A DNA stretch of 64,000 bases from Chloroflexota bacterium (GCA_965219505.1 OZ244775.1:3357569-3421568), one strand, 5' to 3'; counted from the stretch's first letter, positions 20,653-31,868 are shown. The notes: generated by a model from the sequence alone, not told the origin. A program made the numbers and translations.

Positions 20653-21882
20653 ATGCAGCCATCCTATCTCGCCGACCTCCACCTGCACTCATCGTATGCA
20701 ATAGGCACGGCGAATGACATCACTGTTCCCGCACTAGCCTATTGGGCGCGGCGCAAGGGCATCCATCTGCTGGCCTCCGCCGACTTCACGCACCCGGCGT
20801 GGCGCGCCCATTTACAAGAGACTCTGCAACCCGCTGCGGGTGACCTCTTTACCTACGAGGACACCCACTTCATCCTCGGTACCGAACTCTCCTGCGTCTT
20901 CAAACATGCGGGCAAGGGCCGCCGCATGCATTTGCTTGTGTACGTTCCGAGCTTTACTACCATCGAGAAGATCTGCCGGTTCTTGGAGCGCGTTGGAGCA
21001 AAGCTCGCCGGGGATGGTCGTCCGCTCATTTCCTTGCACGCGCGTGAACTAACCGCCGCAATCCTAGAGATCGACCCTCGCAGCATTATCGTGCCCGCCC
21101 ACGCCTGGACTCCTTGGTACGCGCTCTTTGGTTCCAAGTCCGGTTTCGACTCCTTGGAGGAGTGCTTCGGTGAGTTGACGCCGGCCATCCCCGCGCTGGA
21201 AACGGGCCTTTCGAGCGATCCCGCCATGAATTGGCGCGTGCCGGATGCCGATGGGCGCAGCATCGTTTCATTTTCCGATGCCCATTCGCTGCGGAACTTG
21301 GGACGGGAACTCACCGCTTTTCAGAGGCCGCTGACGTTTGACGGCCTCGCCGCGGCTCTCAAAGATGAACGCATTGCCTACACCGTGGAATACTACCCGG
21401 AGGAGGGCAAGTACCACGCGACCGGCCACCGCGCCTGCAACGTGCGCTACCTGCCGGTGGATACGCAAGCGCGGGGCACGTCGTGTCCCGTCTGCGGCCG
21501 TACGCTCACGGTGGGCGTACTGGAGCGCGTGGAATCGCTGGCAACCCGGCCGGAATTTTCTATGATAGCTGATGAGCGAGGTTTTCTGCATGGACCGGAC
21601 GGCCGCCCACCCTTCAAGCGTGTAGTCCCGCTTATGCAGATCCTGGCCGAATGTCTTGGCGTCGGCGAGCGCACCAAGACCGTTGCACGTGCCTACACGG
21701 CGCTCATTGAAGCGTTCGGCGCAGAGTTTTCTGTGCTACTGGAAGCCCCTTTGGAAGCGATTGCGGACGTGGCCGGAGATCGGATAGCTGAAGGCATTGC
21801 GGGCATGCGGGTCGGCGATGTCGCGGTCGAACCGGGATATGACGGGGTCTACGGTACGGTGCGCATCTGGCCGGATGGGTAA
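20653..21882 (+). CDS. Endonuclease Q family (PHP domain + Zn ribbon)
   Basis: DLHLHS, GTE, PAHAWTPW, ETGLSSDP, SDAHS, GKYH-GHR-C, CPVCG, PGYDGVYG. Confidence 0.88.
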   Translation: MQPSYLADLHLHSSYAIGTANDITVPALAYWARRKGIHLLASADFTHPAWRAHLQETLQPAAGDLFTYEDTHFILGTELSCVFKHAGKGRRMHLLVYVPSFTTIEKICRFLERVGAKLAGDGRPLISLHARELTAAILEIDPRSIIVPAHAWTPWYALFGSKSGFDSLEECFGELTPAIPALETGLSSDPAMNWRVPDADGRSIVSFSDAHSLRNLGRELTAFQRPLTFDGLAAALKDERIAYTVEYYPEEGKYHATGHRACNVRYLPVDTQARGTSCPVCGRTLTVGVLERVESLATRPEFSMIADERGFLHGPDGRPPFKRVVPLMQILAECLGVGERTKTVARAYTALIEAFGAEFSVLLEAPLEAIADVAGDRIAEGIAGMRVGDVAVEPGYDGVYGTVRIWPDG

Positions 21883-22010
21883 CGCACGAGGCATCGCATC
21901 GTATTACGCCCTCCCTTGCAGGAGTCTACGCACCGCGTCGCGTAAGTGCTTGTTTCCCATTGGAAGGCTGTAGGGGTGGTTCGCGAACCGCCCCTACGCA
22001 ATCACAATCT

Positions 22011-23177
22011 TCACCGTGGCATGGCGGCCATGATGTCGATGGCGCGTGCTATCTCCTCTTCGCTATTCATGAAGGCGGTGCAGAGGCGCACGCCCTGCAT
22101 GCCGTCGTGCATGAGCGAGCGGCACCAGATCTTGTGCTCATGCAGGTAGGCGGCGAGGTCATCGCCCGTTACCCCTTCAACGCCGTACGCCACGATGCCC
22201 GTATAGGCATCGGGATGCTCAGGATCGTAGCAGACCACTTTCGGGTGGTTTAGCAGCTCGCCGCGCAGCCAGCGCGAGAGGTGTTTACTGCGCTCCTCGA
22301 TCACACTGATGCCGAAGCTTTCCAGGTACTCCACGGCAACGCCCAGCCCCGCCATCGTGGGAAAATTCACCGAACCCCATTCCAGCCGCTGGGGATAGGG
22401 TTGCCAATCAACTTCGCCGGTCTCGAAATCTATGTGGCGGGCAACGTGGCTGCCGGACCAGGAAATCTGCAGCACGTCGCGCATGCGTTTGGCCACGTAG
22501 AAACAGCCGGTCCCATAGGGACCGAGCATCCACTTGTAGCCGAGCACGGCGTAGAAGTCGGGGTCGATGGCGGCAATGTCCACGTCGAGTTGGCCGACGG
22601 CCTGCCCGCCGTCAAAATAGACGAACGCGCCGCGTTCGCGGGCCAGGCGGCACATCTCCGCCACGGGCAGCTCCGTGCCGCGGTCCTGCATCACGTGGCT
22701 CATGGCGACGAGCTTGGTACGCGGGGAGAGCAGCGCCTCGAAATTGGCAAGATTCTCTTCCGGTGTCGCGCCAACCGGCATGTGGTGCACCACCGCCCCG
22801 TATCGTTTGCGGCCGATATTATAGAGCGGCAGCCAGAGCGCATCGTCTTCCTCATTGCTGGTAATGATCTCGTCACCCGGTACAAGCGGCAGGCCGGAAA
22901 CCACCATACTGATACTGTTGGAGACGTTGTTCACCATTGAAATCGTATCGGCGGGCACGTTGAAAAACCGCGCCAGCGCCTCACGCGTGCGTTGCTTGTG
23001 CAAAAAGCGCTCGTCGCGACGGCTCTGCAGCCACGGGCCGTTCTCGAAGAAGAACTGCCACCGGTCTGTCACTTCTTCCAGCACCGGCCGGGCGTTCATC
23101 CCGATACCGGCCGTGTGCAGATAAATGCCGTGTTGCAGCGCCGGAAAGTCTTCTCGAATGCTCGGAATGTCCAACAT
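22011..23177 (-). CDS. Aminotransferase class V (cysteine desulfurase / selenocysteine lyase-like)
   Basis: IREDFP, DGGQAVG, GYKWMLGPYGTG PLP-lysine motif. Confidence 0.88.
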   Translation of the reverse strand: MLDIPSIREDFPALQHGIYLHTAGIGMNARPVLEEVTDRWQFFFENGPWLQSRRDERFLHKQRTREALARFFNVPADTISMVNNVSNSISMVVSGLPLVPGDEIITSNEEDDALWLPLYNIGRKRYGAVVHHMPVGATPEENLANFEALLSPRTKLVAMSHVMQDRGTELPVAEMCRLARERGAFVYFDGGQAVGQLDVDIAAIDPDFYAVLGYKWMLGPYGTGCFYVAKRMRDVLQISWSGSHVARHIDFETGEVDWQPYPQRLEWGSVNFPTMAGLGVAVEYLESFGISVIEERSKHLSRWLRGELLNHPKVVCYDPEHPDAYTGIVAYGVEGVTGDDLAAYLHEHKIWCRSLMHDGMQGVRLCTAFMNSEEEIARAIDIMAAMPR

Positions 23178-23241
23178 GCCTATTCCTCTTGTCCTTGTCT
23201 GCCTAGAAGCTCTTGTGCCACCATGCCCTGCCGGCCGGCGT

Positions 23242-23586
23242 TTACCCAGACCCGCCCGGCCGATCGTACGATGTTCTTTCGGCGACTATCTTGGTCTTGC
23301 TCAGGGCAGCTTGCATCTCATCCACCGTGAGCAGCGGAGTCGTCTTGACCGTCTTGACGTGCCCCGGCGCAATGGCGGCAATGACCGCAGCCGCCGCGGT
23401 GGCGCCGTCGGGCGCTTCGAAGATGACAACTCCATCATAGTCGCCAAAGGCATAGTACACCGCGATCAGCCGGCCGCCGAGACTCTCCAGCAGCGGCTCG
23501 ATGGCGTCCCTCCGGTCCTCCGGATGTTCGGCCAGTTGGTTCCAGGTTTCCGTCGCATAGGAAAACTGTGACATGAACACAGGCAT
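23242..23586 (-). CDS. GYD domain protein
   Basis: LESLGGRL..YYAFGDYD..I-EAPD, KTTPLLT; RBS GGAGAGG. Confidence 0.85.
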   Translation of the reverse strand: MPVFMSQFSYATETWNQLAEHPEDRRDAIEPLLESLGGRLIAVYYAFGDYDGVVIFEAPDGATAAAAVIAAIAPGHVKTVKTTPLLTVDEMQAALSKTKIVAERTSYDRPGGSG

Positions 23587-23654
23587 CGCGCACCTCTCCT
23601 TTCTGTTGTGCTGTCTAAGCGCTGAGCGCGCTTGAAAACTCGCACACGGGCTCA

Positions 23655-23828
23655 CTCTCCCCTGCAGGTTACCCCGAAACTACGTATTTGGGAACCGATG
23701 AATCCTACGGCCCATAGGCAGCAATGATGTAGGAAACCAAGACTTCCCGACCCGCCCTGCAAACGGTTCGCCTTAAGTATATCCATTCGGCTCCGCCATG
23801 TACCGCTTTTGGCGGCAACAGGGGAGGA
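23655..23828 (+). ncRNA. Candidate 6S-like RNA
   Basis: Nested helices TCCCCTG/CAGGGGA, CCGAA/TTCGG, GAACCG/CGGTTC, TCCTAC/GTAGGA; 6S-like words GAACCGAT, CGCCCTG..GGTTC, GGCGGCA. Confidence 0.4.
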
Positions 23829-24117
23829 ACCACGTTCGATTGGTCTGCAGGACCCCGCTACGGTGACTTCTGCCCTGGCTGAATTCAGTTGTCGTGCTGC
23901 TTACTTGAGAGGCCGGTTGGAAGATCCGCCCCATCCGTCATTCCCGCGCAGGCGGGAATCCATCTACTCTTGATTCCGCGGTTCCGATCCAGCGGGGGAC
24001 AGGCCCCCGCGCTATATTCTTGCGCTGGTTCTGAGGTGGGCCATCATGGAGAATTGCGGAACACAGGCTCCAGATTCCTCTCCCGTGTCAGGCATGGGGC
24101 TGCGGCGCGCTCGGAAT

Positions 24118-24384
24118 TGTATGTGTTGAGTATTTCGTTGACAAAATCCTTCCCCACTTGACAGTATTGACAATTCATGTCATTCCGAGCGGAGCGTCGA
24201 ACCCTGTTCGCGGAATCTGGAGTCCATGCGGTATATCGCCTAATAGGCTCAGCATCTTAGATTCCGCGCTCCGAGCGACACTTCGCTGCGCTCCGTTCGG
24301 AATGACATGTGTACCAGTCTTGAATAGTACTGCGTTCAGTTTCTCTTGCTTTCAATCCTGTCAACGAATTACCTGACATTTACA
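24118..24384. mobile_element. MITE family A, copy 1 (TGT...ACA ends, internal REP pair)
   Basis: Imperfect ~28-bp TIRs; flanks CGGAAT/GGGAAT; homologous to 36929-37169 and 45686-45927. Confidence 0.8.
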
Positions 24385-24436
24385 GGGAATGACATTTCTT
24401 GTCAAACTTCTCATGCCAAAGCGGGAGCGTATTTAC

Positions 24437-25564
24437 TTAAGATAGTCTTTGCACTGCCCGCTGGAGCGCGGCGGCGTTGCGGCGATGGAAGTCACGGTCA
24501 CGGGCGCTTATACCGGTGATCATGAGGCGCGGCATCAGAGACTCCGCCACCGGGCACCAGCCCCGACGATAGGGGAGCGGCTGCGACTGCGGGGCGCGAC
24601 TCACGCCGAACGCCCCGCCCAAACTAAAGACGGGATGCAGGTACGCCGGGACGCCGACGTAGCCGAAACTGAAGCCTGCATTCTCTTCCGCGCATGCGTC
24701 CTTGAATTCCTCCAACGAGGGGCCGTCCGAATGCGGCGCAAAGGCTGCCACCCAAAGATGGTAGGAGTGAACGCTGTCCGCGCCGGCTTGCTGCGGTCGC
24801 AGCCAGTCGCAGCCATCCACTGCTGCCGCATAGAGCTGGGCACTGGCGCGATCTTCTGCCACGTAGCCGCGCGCGCGACGCATCTGCACGCGCGCCACGG
24901 CGGCCGTGAGTTCGGTCATGCGGTAGTTGTTGGCCATGCGTACGGGCGCCGCGCCAAACGTGATAATGGCACGCATTTGCTCGTTGAGATAGGCGTCATC
25001 GGTCACGGCCACGCCGCCGTCGCCGGTGCTGACGTGCTTCGAGGAATTGAAGCTGAAGACGCCGACTGCGCCGAGCGTGCCCGTGCTGCGCCCACGCCAC
25101 TCGCCAAAGAGGGCGTGCGCACAATCTTCGATTAAGGGCAGCTTGTGGGTGTTTGCTACCGCCAGGATGCCGTCCATGTCCGCCGGTTCGCCCCAGTGGT
25201 GGGTTACGACGATGGCTTTCGTGCGCGGCGTGATGCGTTCTGCCAGCGAGGCGGGGTCCATGTTGTGGGTATGCTCATCCACGTCGGCAAACACGGGCAT
25301 GGCGCCCGTGTACAGGACCGCCAGGCCGCCAAAGAGCACCATCGGATCGCATACCACCTCATCGCCGGCCCCTACGCCAACCGCCAGCAGCGCCGCGTGC
25401 AGCCCACCCATGGCCGCATTGCAGGCGATCCCATGATTCGCTCCCAGTGCCGCCGCAAACTCCTGCTCCAGCGCCGCTACCTCCGTGCCGGCGCCGAGCA
25501 CGCCGGACTCCAGCACCCGCGTAACCGCTGCGATATCTTCGGCGTCGAAAACCTTCCTGCTCAT
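24437..25564 (-). CDS. DegT/DnrJ/EryC1/StrS family aminotransferase
   Basis: GDEV, IEDCAHA, FSFNSSKH-STGDGG, NYRM. Confidence 0.92.
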   Translation of the reverse strand: MSRKVFDAEDIAAVTRVLESGVLGAGTEVAALEQEFAAALGANHGIACNAAMGGLHAALLAVGVGAGDEVVCDPMVLFGGLAVLYTGAMPVFADVDEHTHNMDPASLAERITPRTKAIVVTHHWGEPADMDGILAVANTHKLPLIEDCAHALFGEWRGRSTGTLGAVGVFSFNSSKHVSTGDGGVAVTDDAYLNEQMRAIITFGAAPVRMANNYRMTELTAAVARVQMRRARGYVAEDRASAQLYAAAVDGCDWLRPQQAGADSVHSYHLWVAAFAPHSDGPSLEEFKDACAEENAGFSFGYVGVPAYLHPVFSLGGAFGVSRAPQSQPLPYRRGWCPVAESLMPRLMITGISARDRDFHRRNAAALQRAVQRLS

Positions 25565-26027
25565 CTTATTTGCCCTCTCACGTGCCTCGCCGCAGTTTTT
25601 CGTCCTGGTTTCTTGATGATACTGCATTAAGTGCAGTGCGGTGGTTGCTCCACCGCACGTGGCTTGGTCTACTTTTCAACGTCCCATGCCTCCGTGTCCG
25701 GCATTACGTAGGGGCACGACATGTGGTGCCCCTATACTACCCACGCTCTTGCAGGGACGGATCAATCCTCACCCCCGACCCTCTCCCACTCTTGGAAGGG
25801 GGAGACCAATGCGACACGAGGGGAGAATGTGCGCACCTTCCTCGAGCTATGCTGGACAATTCTAGGAGCTCGACAAACCTAGACTGAGTTCTTCAGCTCA
25901 GAGTCTCGATTTGGCCAAACCCCATTTATAATAGTATTGTGGTTCGATTGTGGATTTAGTTTGTTTGCGGGCAATGCATTCAGTGTTGCTTGCTGAATTC
26001 AGTCGATGATGGAAGAGGGAGTCAACT

Positions 26028-27695
26028 GTGGTCACGAATGAACGAATAATTCTCGACGGGGTCCTGAAACAGCTTCAAGAGGAAGTCGATCCAAACGGAG
26101 ATCCCAGTTCCTTTTTTGAATTCTTTACTGCAGAACAGGTGCTAAAGGACTTTGATCTCTCCTACGATGAGATTGAAACGGGACTAGTAGGTGCCGGAGG
26201 GGATGGTGGGATTGACGGAATCTATCTCCTCATCAACGGTGATCTTGTCCAGGAAGATCCAGATTACGCCCACTTGAGAAAAGATATCACAATTGACCTC
26301 ATCATAATTCAGTCGAAGACTGACGCTGGATTCAAAGAGACTCCAATAGAACGCTTTGTTTCCGTAAGTAACGACATTCTCAATCTTTCAATCGACAGAT
26401 CATCGCTTTCGGTAACATATAACGAGTCCTTAGTGGAAACTATTCATCGATTCCGCACACTTTACCATCAGCTTGCCGCTCGTTTTCCAACGCTGCGACT
26501 CTCTTACGTCTACGCGTCTAAAGGCGTAGATCCGCATCCGAATGTCGAACGTAAAGTTTCAAACCTTGAGGAAGTAGTGAAGAGACACTTTCCGGACTCT
26601 GACTTCTCATTTCAATTCTTGGGAGCACCTGAGCTATTGGGCCTTGCTCGCCGGCGCCCGCAAAGAACCTACAAACTTCAGTTAGCCGAGAATCCCATAT
26701 CTTCAAATGAGCAAGTTGGCTTTGTTTGCTTGGTGGGCCTTTTCGATTTCTTCAAGTTTATTGCAGACGATTCGGGGGCGCTCCAAAGGCAGATTTTCGA
26801 AGCAAATGTGCGTGACTATCAAGGTCGCACACAGGTCAACGACGAAATTCAAGACTCACTACGCACAAAGTCTTCGGAGGACTTTTGGTGGTTGAATAAC
26901 GGAGTCTCGATTCTTGCAACAAAAGCATCTCTAGGTGCCAAGACACTGACCATAGAAGATCCTCAAATAGTTAATGGCCTTCAGACATCAACGGAGGTCT
27001 ACAACTACTGTAGTATCCACGAAAGGGTGGACGATGACAGGAAAATTCTGGTTCGTGTCATTGTTCCCGAAGAAGATGAAAGCCGTGATCGTATCATCAA
27101 AGCAACTAACAGTCAGACTGTTGTGCAGCTATCTTCCTTAAGGGCAACGGACAGGATTCACCGCGATATCGAAGAGTACTTTCGGCCAAATGGGTTGTTT
27201 TACGATCGGCGGAAGAACTACTACAAGAACGAAGGAAAACCGCGAGACAAAATCATTAGTATCCCGTTCTTGGCACAGGCCATCATGGCGATTGTCCTTC
27301 AACGACCAGACAATGCCCGAGCTCGTCCCTCTTCGCTACTGAAGAGAGACGACGACTACAAGAAGGTCTTTAGCCCTTCGTATCCAATTAAACTGTATTT
27401 TGTATGTGCTGAGGTTATGAGGAGAGTTGAGAGAAGTCTAAAGCTACCAAGCCTAGGGGTTGCGTCAGAAGACCGAAACAATCTTAGGTTTTATGTTGCT
27501 ATGCACGTAGTTGGGGGCACGAGCAATTCTTCAAAGCTGCCAAAGGAAATTGCCAACTTCGACGTTGAAGTAGTGGATGAATCGGCAATTCGGAATAGTC
27601 TTGGCGTCATTAGACCAAAGTACATGGAACTTGGTGGAAACGATCAGGTATCCAAAGGCACAGCTCTGCTGGATGCTCTTCGCAGCTGCACATAG
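26028..27695 (+). CDS. AIPR family protein (abortive infection phage resistance)
   Basis: DGGIDG, IIQSK, FEANVRDYQG, FWWLNNGV, QIVNGLQT, ATNSQ; lower GC than neighbours. Confidence 0.9.
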   Translation: MVTNERIILDGVLKQLQEEVDPNGDPSSFFEFFTAEQVLKDFDLSYDEIETGLVGAGGDGGIDGIYLLINGDLVQEDPDYAHLRKDITIDLIIIQSKTDAGFKETPIERFVSVSNDILNLSIDRSSLSVTYNESLVETIHRFRTLYHQLAARFPTLRLSYVYASKGVDPHPNVERKVSNLEEVVKRHFPDSDFSFQFLGAPELLGLARRRPQRTYKLQLAENPISSNEQVGFVCLVGLFDFFKFIADDSGALQRQIFEANVRDYQGRTQVNDEIQDSLRTKSSEDFWWLNNGVSILATKASLGAKTLTIEDPQIVNGLQTSTEVYNYCSIHERVDDDRKILVRVIVPEEDESRDRIIKATNSQTVVQLSSLRATDRIHRDIEEYFRPNGLFYDRRKNYYKNEGKPRDKIISIPFLAQAIMAIVLQRPDNARARPSSLLKRDDDYKKVFSPSYPIKLYFVCAEVMRRVERSLKLPSLGVASEDRNNLRFYVAMHVVGGTSNSSKLPKEIANFDVEVVDESAIRNSLGVIRPKYMELGGNDQVSKGTALLDALRSCT

Positions 27696-28054
27696 AATGT
27701 GTGCTGTGAAACTGGGGAAATGTGCCATACTTTTCCTTCGCTGGTTAGCTGATCTATCCCGGCCAGTTGACGCGGTAAACTTGGTCTTGCCACGCGCGAG
27801 ACCCAGGATTCGACATTCTCTCAATTAGTGCGTATCGTTGCCCACACACATCGCAGGCTATTGGCATACGCGTCGTTTTGAGTAGGTCAGGATCTTATGC
27901 CGGAGTAACATCCAAAGACGCGCCGCATGGCTTGTCCGGCATTCGCCTTGATGAACCAGTCTAGGGAATCACGTTTCCAGCTTTCAAGAAGTGGCAAACG
28001 TTCCGCACGCCGAAAGATATAGCCCACTGCCTGGGGGCACACTCTTGAGTTGCC

Positions 28055-30046
28055 CTACTCGGCTATCAGCACTTCCTGCTGGCCGGCGCGGATTTCGCGG
28101 ATTTGATCGCGGACGAGCGCGGCGCGCTCGAAGTCCAGATCTTTCGCCGCCTTGCGCATCTGTTTCTCAAGCTCCTTGATGAGCTTCAGCGCCTCTTTGG
28201 CCGAGAGCGGCTTATGCTCCGCCTGGTAGCTTGATTCCTCTTCCGCTACGGCGCGAATAGTATCGGTAATATCGCGAATTGCCTTGTGCACGCTCTCCGG
28301 CTTAATGCCGTGTTGATCGTTGTGGGCAAGCTGCCTATCGCGGCGGCGGTAGGTTTCGTCGATGGCGCGGCGCATGGAATTGGTCACCGCATCGGCGTAG
28401 AGGACCACGTGGCCGTTGATGTGACGCGCCGCCCGGCCGATGGTCTGCACCAGCGAGGTCTCGCTGCGCAGGTAGCCTTCCTTATCCGCATCCAGAATCG
28501 CCACCAGCGATACTTCCGGCAAGTCTAGACCTTCACGCAGCAGGTTGATGCCCACCACCACGTCGTACACGCCCAGCCGGAGGTCGCGCAGAATTTCCAC
28601 GCGCTCCAGGGTATCGATCTCCGAGTGCAGGTAGTGCACCTTGACACCGATTTCGTTGAGGTAGTCGGCGAGTTGCTCCGCCATGCGCTTCGTTAGCGTC
28701 GTGACCAGCACGCGCTCGTGCTGCGCCACCCGCTGGCGAATCTGATTGACGAGATGGTCGATCTGACCGGTAGTGGGCTGTATTTCGACCGAAGGGTCCA
28801 CCAGACCGGTGGGGCGGATGATCTGCTCCGCGATTTGGCTACTCCGTTCCCGCTCGTACATGCTCGGCGTCGCGGAAACGAAGATCACCTGATTGAGCCG
28901 TTGCTCGAGCTCCTGGAACATGAGCGGGCGGTTATCGAGCGCGCTCGGCAAGCGAAAGCCGTAATCCACCAGCACTTGCTTACGCGAGCGGTCCCCGGCG
29001 TGCATGCCGCGCAGTTGCGGCACGGCGACGTGGGACTCATCGATGAACATGAGGAAGTCTTTGGGGAAGTAGTCCAGCAGCGTCCACGAGGGATCGCCGG
29101 CGTTACGCCCGTCGAGATGGCGGCTATAGTTCTCGATGCCCTTGCAGTGGCCGGTCTCGCGCAGCATCTCCAGGTCAAACCGGGTGCGTTGAAGCAGGCG
29201 CTGCGTTTCGAGCAGCTTACCCTCGCTTTGCAACACGGCGACGTGCTCGTCGAGCTCCGTCTCTATGCTCTTGATAGCCTCTTCAATGCGCTCCACCGGC
29301 GTCACGAAGTGGCTCGCCGGATAGATATTGATCGCTTGCCGCGTATCCAGAATCTCACCGGTTAGGGGATCGATCTCGATGATGCGGTCTACTTCGTCGC
29401 CAAAGAAGTCTATGCGGATTGCCGTATCGCCATAGGCCGGAAAGATGTCGAGCACGTCGCCCTTCACCCGATACGTGCCCCGCTTGAAATCCACGTTGTT
29501 CCGCTCGTACTGAATGTCGTTCAGATGCCGCAACACGTTCTGGCGGCGGTACTGCTCGCCGACGTTCAGCGGTACGACCACCTGGCCGTAGTCGTGGGGC
29601 GAGCCCATGCCGTAGATACAGGAAACACTGGCGACAATGACAACGTCCGGCCGCTCCATGAGAGACCGTGTGGCCGAGAGTCGGAGCTTCTCTACCTCCT
29701 CGTTGATGTCGGAGTCCTTCTCAATGTAGGTATCCGTGCGGGGGAGGTACGCCTCGGGCTGGTAGTAATCGTAGTAGGAGACGAAGTATTCGACTGCGTT
29801 CTCCGGAAAGAAGTCGCGAAACTCGGAGAAGAGCTGCGCAGCCAGTGTCTTGTTGGGCGCTAAGACCAGTGCGGGCTTCTGAATGGCTTGAATCACCCGC
29901 GCCATGGTAAGCGTCTTGCCCGACCCGGTTACGCCGAGGAGGGTCTGAAACGGGTACTCGGCGTGGCACCCGCTGACCAGTTGGTCGATGGCTTCCGGCT
30001 GATCTCCGCGCGGCTCAAGCTCTGAGGTCAATTGAAACGGGGGCAT
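28055..30046 (-). CDS. uvrB: Excinuclease ABC subunit B
   Basis: [44 protein letters not shown]-terminal UVR domain. Confidence 0.98.
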   Translation of the reverse strand: MPPFQLTSELEPRGDQPEAIDQLVSGCHAEYPFQTLLGVTGSGKTLTMARVIQAIQKPALVLAPNKTLAAQLFSEFRDFFPENAVEYFVSYYDYYQPEAYLPRTDTYIEKDSDINEEVEKLRLSATRSLMERPDVVIVASVSCIYGMGSPHDYGQVVVPLNVGEQYRRQNVLRHLNDIQYERNNVDFKRGTYRVKGDVLDIFPAYGDTAIRIDFFGDEVDRIIEIDPLTGEILDTRQAINIYPASHFVTPVERIEEAIKSIETELDEHVAVLQSEGKLLETQRLLQRTRFDLEMLRETGHCKGIENYSRHLDGRNAGDPSWTLLDYFPKDFLMFIDESHVAVPQLRGMHAGDRSRKQVLVDYGFRLPSALDNRPLMFQELEQRLNQVIFVSATPSMYERERSSQIAEQIIRPTGLVDPSVEIQPTTGQIDHLVNQIRQRVAQHERVLVTTLTKRMAEQLADYLNEIGVKVHYLHSEIDTLERVEILRDLRLGVYDVVVGINLLREGLDLPEVSLVAILDADKEGYLRSETSLVQTIGRAARHINGHVVLYADAVTNSMRRAIDETYRRRDRQLAHNDQHGIKPESVHKAIRDITDTIRAVAEEESSYQAEHKPLSAKEALKLIKELEKQMRKAAKDLDFERAALVRDQIREIRAGQQEVLIAE

Positions 30047-30183
30047 GCCCAATCTCCAGAATCAGAACGAGGAGTGCAAAAAGGATAGGTGCTATGTAAA
30101 CATGAGTGGCTGGCAGTTGTGCGCGCCGCTCTGTGTATGATACCATGGCATTCGATTCCTCAGAGAAGAGAGGCGATAGATTC

Positions 30184-30390
30184 ATGCCAAAGATGAAAAC
30201 GCATAAGAGTACGCGCAAGCGGTTCAAGGTCAGCGGCACCGGCAAGTTGATGCGGCCGAAAGGGAGCATGAACCACTTGCGTCGCAAGAAGAAGCCGCGC
30301 ACGCTGCGTACCACGACGCACTTTTTTGAGGCGCCAGACGGCGAAAGAAAACGCGTCAAGCAACTCCTTCCCGGCGCTGGTATCAAGTAA
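30184..30390 (+). CDS. rpmI: 50S ribosomal protein L35
   Basis: MPKMKTHKSTRKRFKVSGTGK. Confidence 0.96.
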   Translation: MPKMKTHKSTRKRFKVSGTGKLMRPKGSMNHLRRKKKPRTLRTTTHFFEAPDGERKRVKQLLPGAGIK

Positions 30391-30547
30391 GTGCCAAGAG
30401 CCGGTGTAGCTTCCGGCAAGCCAGCGGAGAGATTCGTTCAGGAGTGAAAGGTTCTCACTGTTCATCCTGAGCACCTCGACAAGCTCAGCACAGGCTTGCG
30501 GAAGGACGAATAGAGTGAGGCTGAGGAAGCTGAATTAGACTGAGAAC

Positions 30548-30716
30548 CTAGAAGCTATCTCATAAATGGGTTCGATAGCTGATTCGTGCTTCGACAAGCT
30601 CAGCACGAACGGAAAAGGCAAGAATCCGTTCGCCCCCGTATCGTGTACGGGGCAGGCTCTGAGCCTGTCGAAGGGCAGGTCTACACAGAGCGATATATCT
30701 ATGAGACAAGTTCTAG
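30548..30716. mobile_element. MITE family C, copy 1 (CTAG flanks, internal CTTCGACA-GCTCAG REP pair)
   Basis: Ends AAGCTATCTCATA / TATGAGACAAGTT between two CTAG; homologous to 44442-44620. Confidence 0.7.
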
Positions 30717-30811
30717 AAACAATGTAGCGCGGGGGCTTGTTCTCCGCCTGTTACCTTGGAATCCACGAGAGACCGAAAGAAACGTAGCAAACACCAAAGA
30801 GTAAAGAGACC

Positions 30812-31177
30812 ATGCCTCGAGTAAAACGCGGCGTCACCTCCCATAAACGCCATAAGAAAGTACTGAAGCGCGCGTCCGGCTACTGGGGCGGCCGCCACCG
30901 CCTCTTCAAGACTGCAAATGAAGCGGTGATGCGCGGCATGGCCTTTGCCTACCGCCACCGCCGCACCCGCAAGCGCGAAATGCGCCGCCTCTGGATTGTG
31001 CGCATCAACGCCGCCGCGCGCCAACACGGCCTCTCCTACAGCGCCTTCATGCACGGCCTGCGTGAAGCCAACGTTACCCTGGACCGCAAGATGCTGGCAG
31101 AGCTCGCTGTCCAAGACAGTGCGGCCTTTGCCGAGCTTGCGAACGTGGCGAAAGGCGCGGTACCTGCGGCCTCGTAG
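30812..31177 (+). CDS. rplT: 50S ribosomal protein L20
   Basis: [30 protein letters not shown]. Confidence 0.98.
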   Translation: MPRVKRGVTSHKRHKKVLKRASGYWGGRHRLFKTANEAVMRGMAFAYRHRRTRKREMRRLWIVRINAAARQHGLSYSAFMHGLREANVTLDRKMLAELAVQDSAAFAELANVAKGAVPAAS

Positions 31178-31236
31178 CAACCTAGACAATTGAAGATTCT
31201 CGATTCTATTCGATTGTTTTGCCTGGGAGGATCCTG

Positions 31237-31740
31237 ATGTACGATATTTTCAGCAAACTAGGTGCGCCCGACTACGCCACGCGCAGAGAAGCGCGCAAGT
31301 CTCTCATGATGTCGAACGAGGACGTGGTCCCGATTCTGATCTCCGGACTACGGCACGAGAATCGGCAAGTCCGCAAGAATTGCGCTGAACTTATGGACCA
31401 TGTTGCGGATGAAAGGTGTGTGGCCCCTCTCGCCGAGGCGCTTGAGGACCCGATAGCCGACGTTCGACGACACGCCCTTCATTCTCTAGTCTGTGATGAA
31501 TGCAAATCTGTCCCGTTAGACATCGACGCGATAGGACTCGTAATCAAGCGAGCGACGGAAGATTCGAGCATTCGAGTAAGGAGAAAGGCAACGACGACAC
31601 TTGCCATCCTCCCTACCTGGGACGAGAGAACACTCAAGGCGTTACAGACACTTACCTCGGATGGAGACGCGGAAATTCGTCGCAGAGCGGCTTGGTCGCT
31701 CGAGAGATGCAGGAACCGCAATTCGACGCACGCCGCGTGA
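31237..31740 (+). CDS. HEAT-repeat protein
   Basis: Repeated L-D/H---VR--A---L units; GGAGG RBS. Confidence 0.8.
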   Translation: MYDIFSKLGAPDYATRREARKSLMMSNEDVVPILISGLRHENRQVRKNCAELMDHVADERCVAPLAEALEDPIADVRRHALHSLVCDECKSVPLDIDAIGLVIKRATEDSSIRVRRKATTTLAILPTWDERTLKALQTLTSDGDAEIRRRAAWSLERCRNRNSTHAA

Positions 31741-31868
31741 ATGTGCACTTGTGCGCCAATCCCTTCCGGGTCCAGCACCATAGTCGCTACGCTTACATCG
31801 CCACAGAAGTTTTTCCAGCCGATTCCTAGCGAGCCATGTAGCGCAGCCCAACATTTTAGTCCCCACAT

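Noticed and set aside
30061-30115. LexA box upstream of uvrB
   Set aside because: Best words (GAACGAGGAGTG, AAACATGAGTGG) match GAAC-N4-GTTC poorly.
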